Positions 17,980 to 26,683 of a stretch of DNA of 64,000 nucleotides are shown here, piece after piece. Source of the DNA: Candidatus Altiarchaeota archaeon. Its GTDB lineage: Archaea > Altiarchaeota > Altiarchaeia > IMC4 > SCGC-AAA252-I15. The notes beneath the pieces were generated by a model. That model was not told where the DNA came from. It did not search any database and worked only from the letters and a program-made list of their open reading frames with translations. The DNA is taken from assembly GCA_043800255.1 (NCBI GenBank), contig JAZDNF010000003.1, positions 47,923-111,922 on the forward strand, written 5' to 3'. How positions within the stretch are numbered: the first letter of the stretch is position 1; every line of letters begins with the position of its first letter. The position numbers were made by a program, and so were the translations under genes.

Positions 17980-19590
17980 TCATTCTGCTTCTTTCTCTCT
18001 TATAACAGCATTCATATACCTTTCGTATAAATTGTCTGCCTTTTCTGGCTTTCCAAGTTTTTGATAGGCATCAATGGCTGCCCTCAAATGTTCTGACAGA
18101 TTAGATTTCTCACCTTCTCCAGCAGCACGAGACCACAACTTTTTAGCAGTGGCCCTATCACCTACATCCTCAAAACGATCACCAACACCAACAACACCAT
18201 CCCAATCAGACTTCTTAGAATAACCCCCAACAGCACGAGACCACAAACGCTTAGCTTGATTGGTGTCGTTTAATTCTTTCTCTGCGATATCCCCACAACG
18301 GCTTATCAAGGCAAAATCGTTTGTTTTCTCAACATTATTAAATGCTTTATTAAACTCCTTAGTAGCCCAACCAAGGAGAACATCCCTTTCACATTTAATG
18401 TCACTATGCGGCCAAAAAGGTTTTTGATTGCCAACTGCGGCAGCCTTATAGCGATACGCCCGCTTTAACCCATCCTCAACACTTTCAATTTGCCGTCTAC
18501 GATAGATATTTCGTAAACCAAAACCCAATCCAATTGAACCAAGTAAAGATGAAATAAGAATAAGATTGTTCTTTATAAAATCCTCAGGCATACTGAGGAT
18601 GCTTTTACCGCTATCCACATCCTCTGTTGAGATATGTTTGGCTGCTGCAAGATGGCCTACGACTTTGCTCGTCGGAGACCGTTCAAGTATAATTGTTCCT
18701 CTGGTTCCCTGACTCCGGTCATGAGGATAAGCCCGCAGGCGCCTGACATCCTGTTCCATCAGCGGCTTAATCTCCTTTACCTTCCGGTTGTTAGGATCGA
18801 GCTTCAATGCGTTATCAAGACAAGGAAGACCCTTATCCGCTAATATGCTGCCAGCATCACCATGCCTTTTGTGGGTCAATGCCAGATGCATCGCCATGAA
18901 ATGCAACGCCTCAGCGTTGTTAAGCCACGCATCAACATTCGACGGATCCCTATCCAACGACTTCCACGTTTCCATCATAGAACGGTCAAGCAACTTCGCG
19001 TCAGCCTCTGAAATGTCAACTCTAAGATTAGAAGAAGGCCGCACCAGCTTAACCCTAAGCGCATTAAGATCGTGCTTGTATGACTGCCTGAACAAGTTGA
19101 GCAGATGACTGCCCCTGTCAAAATGCTCGCCAGCGCTCTCGCCTGACCTCACATCAGGAGAATAAAAATCATGCTGAAACTGCTTTATAGAGACGCCGTT
19201 AACAGACTTGACGTCACCGGTATCAGCGATGAAAGACTTCCCATTCTCGTCAAGGAATATCATACCCTCACGAGGATTCACACTCAATATGGTGCACTCA
19301 ATCTTAGAATTCGCAGAATCGTTGAACTTTACAGACTCCGCACTGGCTCGACTGGGTATCCCAACAGCCAAAGCAAGCGTAAGGCCAGCCGCAACAACCG
19401 CAGTCCTCAAACCCAACGAAAGACCATGATGCCGTCTCCCAGACCCCTCAACAGCCTGAAATCCACCGTCCGCAGACTTAACACCTAAGAACTCCAGGAA
19501 CTTCCGCCTGTGCTCATCCTCCTTGATGTCAGGAAGCTCAACACCGCCATCAGAACGGACACCCCCAGCATTGGACTTGCGCTTCTGCAT
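17980..19590 (-). CDS. TPR-containing membrane protein, paralog of 16329..17834
   Basis: Shared MQKRKS..GGV and HRRKFLEFLGVK N-terminus; signal-like helix ending ASA; TPRs (ALKLDPNN); TM LILISSLLGSIGLGFGL; one 36-aa repeat. Confidence 0.75.
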   Translation of the reverse strand: MQKRKSNAGGVRSDGGVELPDIKEDEHRRKFLEFLGVKSADGGFQAVEGSGRRHHGLSLGLRTAVVAAGLTLALAVGIPSRASAESVKFNDSANSKIECTILSVNPREGMIFLDENGKSFIADTGDVKSVNGVSIKQFQHDFYSPDVRSGESAGEHFDRGSHLLNLFRQSYKHDLNALRVKLVRPSSNLRVDISEADAKLLDRSMMETWKSLDRDPSNVDAWLNNAEALHFMAMHLALTHKRHGDAGSILADKGLPCLDNALKLDPNNRKVKEIKPLMEQDVRRLRAYPHDRSQGTRGTIILERSPTSKVVGHLAAAKHISTEDVDSGKSILSMPEDFIKNNLILISSLLGSIGLGFGLRNIYRRRQIESVEDGLKRAYRYKAAAVGNQKPFWPHSDIKCERDVLLGWATKEFNKAFNNVEKTNDFALISRCGDIAEKELNDTNQAKRLWSRAVGGYSKKSDWDGVVGVGDRFEDVGDRATAKKLWSRAAGEGEKSNLSEHLRAAIDAYQKLGKPEKADNLYERYMNAVIREKEAE

Positions 19591-19620
19591 CAATAGTATA
19601 AGAACAAGGGCGGAATAAAT
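19574..19620 (-). promoter_or_regulatory. Duplicated promoter/start cassette (copy 2)
   Basis: Near-identical to 17818-17864. Confidence 0.6.
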
Positions 19621-19885
19621 AAGGTTTCTGGAGGATAGGATGGGATACTCGTTTTTTGGCGTGGTTTGCTGTCCGGGATGGGAGGGCCTTTTGGCGGTTT
19701 TGGAGGTGCTAATAACTACTAATCACTACTAGATTAGTATTTAGAGTGAAGAGAGTCGGGGGATTAGATTCCGCAGCAGACTAAACGCTCTGGGTTAAGT
19801 GCGTGATTCGGGCGCGGACACAGCCCCACATGCGAACCGTATAGTGAAGGTTCTGGCTGTAAGGACAGTAGATGTCGGCTGGACA

Positions 19886-20662
19886 TCAGCCCTGCCGCAC
19901 GCCCATTGGGTTGACGCCGATGCCTTCATCGATGAAGTACATGTGGTAGGGTTTGTCCTCTGTCTTCGTCAGGCGCATCTTCTCTATGTACAGTCTCCGG
20001 CTGCCGTCGGGGCGCTTCTCCAAAAAGATGACGCCATCGCACTGGTACTCTGAGACTCCGTCAGTTGTTATGGTAAGGACGTTCTCTATGGAAGGGTGAG
20101 CCTCTGCAATCCAGATTGAGGTGACTCCTAGGGATGAGACGTCCTTGATCAATGAGGTTATGTGCTCCCGCCTCACATCCTCAGAAGTGAGGACGAAATC
20201 CCGCTCATCGCTTACCAGGGCAAGATCCTTGGAGGCGTTGCTCCTCAGCAGATACGCGGCGCCGGTGAGCATCGACAGAGAATCCACAGCCAAGACGGTG
20301 ACGCCATCACGGACGTCAGATGATATCATCTCAATCAAAGAGCCCTGATCCTTGGTATAATCCTTCAAAGAGGCGAGCTTGAGAGACTTCCCGAAAATTT
20401 TGTCGATGTTCCAGCTGAAAGACTCCGCCTGCGCGACAAGCTTCTCAACAGACTCCTCAAAAGTCAGATAAAGACACTTCTCCCCTGCAGCCGCCATACA
20501 CGTCAGCATCTGCAAAGCCATCACAGTCTTGCCAGTGCCAGCATAACCTGTGATCAACGCGGAAAAACCGCGGGGGATGCCGCCGCCTATAAGAGGGTCC
20601 AACCCTGGGACTCCAGTCCCGATCCGCTCAACAGAAGATTTAGCCACAAGAGACCACCCCAA
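19886..20662 (-). CDS. KaiC/RAD55-family (RecA-superfamily) ATPase
   Basis: TGVPGLD..GGGIP; Walker A GYAGTGKT; AVDSLS; DGVIFL; IEKMR. Confidence 0.9.
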   Translation of the reverse strand: MGWSLVAKSSVERIGTGVPGLDPLIGGGIPRGFSALITGYAGTGKTVMALQMLTCMAAAGEKCLYLTFEESVEKLVAQAESFSWNIDKIFGKSLKLASLKDYTKDQGSLIEMISSDVRDGVTVLAVDSLSMLTGAAYLLRSNASKDLALVSDERDFVLTSEDVRREHITSLIKDVSSLGVTSIWIAEAHPSIENVLTITTDGVSEYQCDGVIFLEKRPDGSRRLYIEKMRLTKTEDKPYHMYFIDEGIGVNPMGVRQG

Positions 20663-20721
20663 TGATAGATTACACGACAGTATTTATATGATATATACGT
20701 GAACTCATAAATTAATACAAT

Positions 20722-21633
20722 ATGCCGTACGCGATACCAGCCAACGTAAAATACGAAGAACGGGTCATAGGGCCGTTCACGCTGAAACAGTCCATCTTCG
20801 TAACCATCGGCGTCGGAATAAGCCTCTACGTTTACCTGGGGACGGAAATGCCGCTGATGGTGAAGATGACGATCATCTCGGTCGCCGGGCTCGCAACCAT
20901 AGGGTTCGCGATGTTCGACCTCGACAGGAAGATAATGGACTACGTCTTCTTCTTCAGACAGCCTAAGACCACATCATGGCTGAACCCCGCCGCGAAAAAG
21001 CTGATGAACATAAAAAGCATACGAGCGGACATGGTCTTCCTAAAAGACGGCAACGCCCTCGGAGTCCTGAAAGTGAGGCCCATAAACTTCGGCATCATGA
21101 GCGACCAGGACAGGGACTCCGTCATATACGGTTTCCTCGAGTTCCTGAACAGCCTGAACTTCCCCATGCAGATTGTGATGAGATCCGTCAACCTCGACCT
21201 GGAAGACTACCTCAGACACCTGAAAAGGAAGATAACGAAGAGAGACGACAGGATAGCCTTAGCATACTATGAACACTTCTCAGACTACCTGAGGAAGTAC
21301 ATAACGGAGAACAGGATAAACGACAGGCACTTCTACATTGTCGTTCCAGGAGAGAAGAAAGGCGACGAGAAGGGACGACTGGACAGCCTCAGAAACAGAT
21401 GCAACATCGTACAATCCAACCTAAGCCTGTCGGGAATAATCTCGGAGAGGATGAACACCCACCAGCTGATAAACTTTTACAGCTCATACTTCACGGAAAC
21501 CTTCGAGATACACGAGAGCTTCATAAGCCCGATAACAATGTACAGAAAGATGTGGACGGAATCCCCCAAGCAGATGGAAGAGAAGAGGGCGGCGGCCATG
21601 AAAAAGATGTCGGAGGCGAAACCGTCAGAATGA
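20722..21633 (+). CDS. PrgI/VirB3-like T4SS membrane protein
   Basis: YAIPANVKYEERVIGPFTLKQ N-terminus, two TM helices, PINF..FLNSL.FPMQI; directly upstream of VirB4. Confidence 0.75.
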   Translation: MPYAIPANVKYEERVIGPFTLKQSIFVTIGVGISLYVYLGTEMPLMVKMTIISVAGLATIGFAMFDLDRKIMDYVFFFRQPKTTSWLNPAAKKLMNIKSIRADMVFLKDGNALGVLKVRPINFGIMSDQDRDSVIYGFLEFLNSLNFPMQIVMRSVNLDLEDYLRHLKRKITKRDDRIALAYYEHFSDYLRKYITENRINDRHFYIVVPGEKKGDEKGRLDSLRNRCNIVQSNLSLSGIISERMNTHQLINFYSSYFTETFEIHESFISPITMYRKMWTESPKQMEEKRAAAMKKMSEAKPSE

Positions 21634-23915
21634 ACCTGCCGTTCCTGAGCAAAAAGAAAAAGGAGGAGGGCAAGGAAGCCGCGGGAGAGAAATACAAGGA
21701 ATACGAGGACAAGCTGATAGAATACCTGACAAGCCCGCCGATGATCATACAGCACCCGAAGGACATTCAGATAACCAAATACCACCAGGTGATCACCGCG
21801 ATAAACTATCCCCGGCTTGTCGACCCCGGATGGCTGACCAAGCTGATAGAACTGAACCTCGACTTCGACCTCAGCATACACATCACACCATACTCCGTGG
21901 ACTCGACGGTGAAGATGCTGGAAAACGAGATAAAAAAGCAGAAGACAGACCTCTACGCCCTTGAATCCGCAGGCAAGCTCATACCCCAGTCGCTCATACA
22001 GCAGCACCAGGACACGATGGCATTGCTCAACCTCGTCCAGGAGGGGACTGAGAAGATGTTCGACATGAGCCTCTGCATAGACTCGAAAGCGTACACCAGC
22101 GAGGACCTTGAGAAGAACACCAAGGAGATAATGTCCACCATGAACTCCATACTCATAATACCGAAGATTCCCGCGCTGAGGATGATATCAGCCCTGAAGT
22201 CGACGCTGCCCATAGCCAACGACGAACTGCACATAACGAGGAACATCACATCATCGGCTGCCGCCGCATGCTTCCCCTTCGCTGTCACCTCGCTGGAACA
22301 GCACGCCTCAGGAATACTGATAGGATTCAACACGATAAACAGCATACCCATAATAATGGACCCCTTCGCCCTCAGCAACCCCAACGTACTGGTCCTGGGA
22401 ACGTCAGGAGGGGGGAAAAGCTTCGGGATAAAGCTGATAATGATGCGAGAGCTCATGGAAGGGCTTGACATAAACGTGATAGACCCGCAGGGAGAGTACA
22501 CTGGCCTGGTCGAGACCTTCGACGGGAACGTGATAAGGATAGCCCCTGACTCCACCAGCGTGATAAACCCGTTCGACCTCCTCGACCAGCCGTTGGACGA
22601 GAAGAAACTGTCCCTGTTGGCGTTCTTCAGAGTCCTACTGGGAGAGCTGACGCCGCAGCAGGCCGCCATACTGGACGAGGCCATAGAGCACGTTTATGAG
22701 GACAAAGGCATAACAATGGACCCAAAAGGCTGGAGCAACAAGCCGCCAACCATAGAGGACCTCTACAATGAGGTGCTCCCGTTGACGAGAAGCAGCAAGG
22801 AGGTCATCTACAAGCCTGCGATGGAAATCGTGAACAGGCTGAAAAGCTACGTCTTCGGGCCGATGAGATTCCTGAACCAGCACACCAAGATAGACTTGAA
22901 CGCGAGGATGATATCCTTCGACATAAGGGACGCCCCAGAAGTCGGTAAGCCGACGCTCATGTACCTCATACTCGAATACGTTTACACGCAGATGAAGAAG
23001 ACCAAGAGGAGGAAGATGCTCGTCATCGACGAGGCCTGGACCGTACTATCCGCAGGGGAGGAGGCGGAATACGTCCTCAAGATAGTGAAAACGTGCAGAA
23101 AATTCAACCTCTCACTGTGCATCATAACCCAGGACGTCGAAGACGTCCTAACATCGAGGGCTGGGAGGGCAGTGCTGACGAACACGGCGACAAAAATACT
23201 GCTTAAACAGGACGTCGCGGTAGTCGACCAGATCGTCGAACAGTTCAACCTCAACAAAGCCGAACAGCAGTATCTTGGAATCGCAACCATGGGAAGGGCG
23301 CTGCTGATAGCGGAAAACACCAGGATACCGATATACATACAAGCATCCCCGGATGAGTACATGCTGATAACCACGAAACCTGATGAGATGCTGCAGAAAC
23401 AGCAGATGGAGATAGTCCACCCCGAATCAACAGAACTTAAGACTGAATTCGACCTCAGCAAGAAGGTTCAGTTGAAATCCCTCCTCTCCGACGAGCAGAT
23501 AATGTTCCTGGAGAAGAGAGACTACGAGGAAGTCAGAGTGAACACCCTCGGAGGCTCAAGCGACCTCTTCCTCATAGTCAACGAGACCCAGGAGACGGAC
23601 GAACACTTCGTACTCCAGACCCTCATCTACGAGGACATAAAAAAGTACACAGACCAGGTGCTCATACACCACACGAGGCTGCCGGACATCACATTCGAAG
23701 CCTCCGATGGGAGGATGATAGCGGTCGAAATAATAGCCGGGGTGGGAGCTAAAAGGGCTGTGGAGGAGCTGAAGACGAAGCACAACGTCCTCAAAAAATA
23801 CGACGAATACTTCATCGTCTGCGACGATGCGACGGTCGTGAAGGAGTTTGCTGACAAGTACGGGGAAGTCATACCAAGGACAAACGTGCAAGGCAGGGCA
23901 GCATCCTACTTCTAG
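21630..23915 (+). CDS. virB4: VirB4-like T4SS ATPase with C-terminal extension
   Basis: NPNVLVLGTSGGGKS Walker A; IDPQGEY; INPFD; VIDEAW Walker B; CRKFN..ITQDVED. Start set at ATG 21630 (ATGA overlap). Confidence 0.85.
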   Translation: MNLPFLSKKKKEEGKEAAGEKYKEYEDKLIEYLTSPPMIIQHPKDIQITKYHQVITAINYPRLVDPGWLTKLIELNLDFDLSIHITPYSVDSTVKMLENEIKKQKTDLYALESAGKLIPQSLIQQHQDTMALLNLVQEGTEKMFDMSLCIDSKAYTSEDLEKNTKEIMSTMNSILIIPKIPALRMISALKSTLPIANDELHITRNITSSAAAACFPFAVTSLEQHASGILIGFNTINSIPIIMDPFALSNPNVLVLGTSGGGKSFGIKLIMMRELMEGLDINVIDPQGEYTGLVETFDGNVIRIAPDSTSVINPFDLLDQPLDEKKLSLLAFFRVLLGELTPQQAAILDEAIEHVYEDKGITMDPKGWSNKPPTIEDLYNEVLPLTRSSKEVIYKPAMEIVNRLKSYVFGPMRFLNQHTKIDLNARMISFDIRDAPEVGKPTLMYLILEYVYTQMKKTKRRKMLVIDEAWTVLSAGEEAEYVLKIVKTCRKFNLSLCIITQDVEDVLTSRAGRAVLTNTATKILLKQDVAVVDQIVEQFNLNKAEQQYLGIATMGRALLIAENTRIPIYIQASPDEYMLITTKPDEMLQKQQMEIVHPESTELKTEFDLSKKVQLKSLLSDEQIMFLEKRDYEEVRVNTLGGSSDLFLIVNETQETDEHFVLQTLIYEDIKKYTDQVLIHHTRLPDITFEASDGRMIAVEIIAGVGAKRAVEELKTKHNVLKKYDEYFIVCDDATVVKEFADKYGEVIPRTNVQGRAASYF

Positions 23916-24067
23916 CGGTTGTCAAGAACCGCCGGTGTGTCGGAGGCATCTGCCTCCGACACGCGCCCGAGCAAGGCTCGGCCGCGTCAGAGACCAGCGG
24001 CATGGGTTACATCAGCTAGATTCTTGACAGATGATTTCCACCATCAGTCAATAGACTGGTGGAAATC
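23915..24067. repeat. Palindromic REP/MITE-like element plus adjacent hairpin
   Basis: TGTCAAGAA (23920) and TTCTTGACA (24021) inverted termini; internal GTGTCGGAGGCA-tc-TGCCTCCGACAC and CCGAGC-aag-GCTCGG; then GATTTCCACCA..TGGTGGAAATC. Confidence 0.55.
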
Positions 24068-24102
24068 TTAGATTTATAGAACCAATTCAGATAGGTTATA
24101 AC

Positions 24103-26322
24103 ATGAACCGCCAGCTGGAACTTCTGCTCATAATCTCGACGCTCATATTGCTGTCAGCATCATCTAGCGCCCAACGATGCTATGCGAGAGGGCCTCCCCG
24201 CCACCCTTTCGCAGACCAGATATCAGACTGTTATGAAGTGGGCGTCTGCTTCCCGGAGAATTATCTGATGACTATCTGGAGGTGTTCAGAATGCTCGCCA
24301 GACGTCTACTGCGCAGACTATGACATAGACTGGGTATGCAACGACGACCCATGCAAAGCCGGGGGCGCAACACCCTGCCAGTGGAAGGACGGATACTGCT
24401 ACAACGAATGCGTAGCCTACGGAGCCGATGATGCAATATGCAGGAACAACAACTGCTGGATGGAATACGACGAAAGCTGCGACGGGTCAGCCTGCGGCGC
24501 ATGCGGACCGAAACAGTGCGTGGAATGCAAAAAAGAGATAGAATGCAGGAACTATCTCTGCAAGGAAGACTGCGAAGCCAACCCGTGCAAGGCATCCAGC
24601 GGCAAGGTAGCTGGAGGATGCGTATGGGGTGTTGGAATGCTGGGTGAGGCATGCCTGACAGACTTGGACGGCGACAAGGTAGCAGACAACGAGGACAACT
24701 GCGTGACTATCGGAAATTCCAACCAGGAGAACCAGTACTGCGACAAACCTGGAGGAGACTGGAACACAAACAGGGACGCATGCGACGAGAACGGAGACCA
24801 CTGCGACGACACCGACGGAGACGGGCTTTTTGACGCCACCGAAGACAACAACACAAACGGGTCATTCGACTGGGGCATAGACATGTCCAACCCCATGGAC
24901 ATAGACACCAACGACAACTGCATCGGCGACGGCGTCGAATTCGGCTTCAACCCGATATTCGACCTCCTCAAGAAGATAGCTGTAGGAGCTGCTGTGACCA
25001 TGCTAGCCTACCACGCCGCAAAGTGGATTATGTCCGAGAATCCCGCAGACAGGGACAACGCAAAAAAGTCGATAATCTACACACTATTCGGGACCATACT
25101 GCTTGTCGGAGGCAACCAGATGGCAGTCTTCATACTTTCGGCAAACTGCCAGGGCGAGACGCCTGATAGAGGATACACCTGCAATTGCACTCCGCCCTCG
25201 GGAACCGGAGGCACGGAGGGAAGCTGCCCGTTCGTCTACTCCTACGACGGAGAACGGTACTATTATGAGCATGAGTCGTTCCCCTATGCTGCGCTGAAGG
25301 CGCTGGAATACGAGACTTACGGCGCTCTGACCAACCTGAAAAGCGTGAACGGCTCCTACATCCTGAAGGTGACCGAGGAGCGGGACGAGGAATCCTACAT
25401 CAACAGGTTAAAGCTTGACGTCATAGACTATGACGGCTATGGGATAATGCCAGACGTCCGGGGAAGAGTGCACACGGTAGGGGAGAGTATCAGCCCGCAA
25501 TCGTGCGAGACGAAAGGCGGAGATGACTGCCTCGAAGATGTTAAGGGAGAGGACAATCTCTACTGGACCAGCAATCTGGAAGGGAAGGACCTGACAGCAA
25601 AGGAGAACTACAAGGACTATGTCATCCTTAACTTTGGAAAAAGAAGGGCAGATAACGTTAAACTCCTGGTAAGCATGAAAAGCACCATACTATTGGACAA
25701 GTGGGGGATAGCATTACAGTCAATAGGGAACTACAACGAACTGTCAGAGAAAATCCTCTCAGCGCCGATAATAGGCGAAAAATGGAAGGACAAAGTCTTT
25801 GAGGAGTCGATGATGCACGTTCAACTGTGGGACGGCGCAAAATGGGCGGAGCAGGAGAGGATAGGGGTTGGAAGGGAAGGATGGGTTCAGCTTCTGATAC
25901 CGATCAATCTGAGCGGGTTGGACACGGACGAGATAACGGTGAGGCTGATAGCGCCGGCTGGGACGTACGAGGTCAACTCCGTCCACATTGACACGACACC
26001 TGATAGAAAGTACATGATGGAAGAGGCTGTGCCGTATGATGCTACCAGCTCGGGAGGCGAGGACATGCTTGCCGAGATTGTATCAGACGACGGCGAATAT
26101 GCGAACCTGAAGAAGGGAGAGCATGCGATCATAAGATACAGGAGCGTGCCGGAGGAGCAAGGATACTCCAGAGGTTACGTCGTCAGTGCAAAGGGCTACT
26201 TTTATTTGACCAGAGTGAATAATATATCAGCAGTCGACACGATAAGGAACATTCCAGAATACCTGAGAATGGCTTTCGAAGAAGATTATGGTCCGAAATA
26301 CCTCACGCCACGGGTTGTATAG
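24103..26322 (+). CDS. Multidomain minor pilin/adhesin: Cys-rich region, TSP3-like Ca-binding repeats, internal VirB2-like pilin, C-terminal beta domain
   Basis: Signal peptide; numerous Cys; DLDGDKVADNEDNC and DTDGDGLFD; AAKWIMSENPADRDNAKKSIIY pilin motif; GSCPFVYSYDG domain start. Confidence 0.7.
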   Translation: MNRQLELLLIISTLILLSASSSAQRCYARGPPRHPFADQISDCYEVGVCFPENYLMTIWRCSECSPDVYCADYDIDWVCNDDPCKAGGATPCQWKDGYCYNECVAYGADDAICRNNNCWMEYDESCDGSACGACGPKQCVECKKEIECRNYLCKEDCEANPCKASSGKVAGGCVWGVGMLGEACLTDLDGDKVADNEDNCVTIGNSNQENQYCDKPGGDWNTNRDACDENGDHCDDTDGDGLFDATEDNNTNGSFDWGIDMSNPMDIDTNDNCIGDGVEFGFNPIFDLLKKIAVGAAVTMLAYHAAKWIMSENPADRDNAKKSIIYTLFGTILLVGGNQMAVFILSANCQGETPDRGYTCNCTPPSGTGGTEGSCPFVYSYDGERYYYEHESFPYAALKALEYETYGALTNLKSVNGSYILKVTEERDEESYINRLKLDVIDYDGYGIMPDVRGRVHTVGESISPQSCETKGGDDCLEDVKGEDNLYWTSNLEGKDLTAKENYKDYVILNFGKRRADNVKLLVSMKSTILLDKWGIALQSIGNYNELSEKILSAPIIGEKWKDKVFEESMMHVQLWDGAKWAEQERIGVGREGWVQLLIPINLSGLDTDEITVRLIAPAGTYEVNSVHIDTTPDRKYMMEEAVPYDATSSGGEDMLAEIVSDDGEYANLKKGEHAIIRYRSVPEEQGYSRGYVVSAKGYFYLTRVNNISAVDTIRNIPEYLRMAFEEDYGPKYLTPRVV

Positions 26323-26683
26323 GATTTTACTGGCCTTTCAGGCTATAAGAAGGTACGGCAGGCTGCTTCTCGTGATACCATTAGCGTTGAACGCCAGCGC
26401 AGGCGGCACTGACATGGCAGAATTGAACTCGCTGAATGAGGGCCTCGTCACAGTCGCCGCGGCATTGGGAGTCCTGATGATATCCATACAAGGACTGAAG
26501 TGGGTGACATCTGACACCCCGCAGGACAGGGCTGACGCGAAAAAAGGCCTCGAATACATACTCATAGGGCTGCTGGTCGTCTACCTGGCAGGCGTGATAG
26601 TATGCGGCCTCTATGGGGTGGCACTATCCGCGTACAGCATAAGCTGCGTCATGAACGGCGTAGTCTGCGAATGCGACCCCTGA
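26288..26683 (+). CDS. VirB2-like pilin (start uncertain)
   Basis: GLKWVTSDTPQDRADAKKGLEYILIGL between two hydrophobic helices; Cys-rich tail. Confidence 0.75.
   Translation: MVRNTSRHGLYRILLAFQAIRRYGRLLLVIPLALNASAGGTDMAELNSLNEGLVTVAAALGVLMISIQGLKWVTSDTPQDRADAKKGLEYILIGLLVVYLAGVIVCGLYGVALSAYSISCVMNGVVCECDP

Noticed and set aside
19764-19886. 40-aa minus-strand ORF after KaiC (MSSRHLL..VCCGI)
   Set aside because: No recognisable motif or supporting signal; could be chance.
21399-21629. N-terminal 77-aa extension of VirB4 in the ORF track
   Set aside because: It overlaps the upstream gene; ATG 21630 with an ATGA overlap is more plausible.
5172-26683. Integrated conjugative element or provirus call
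   Set aside because: No integrase, relaxase, capsid gene or flanking direct repeats were recognised.
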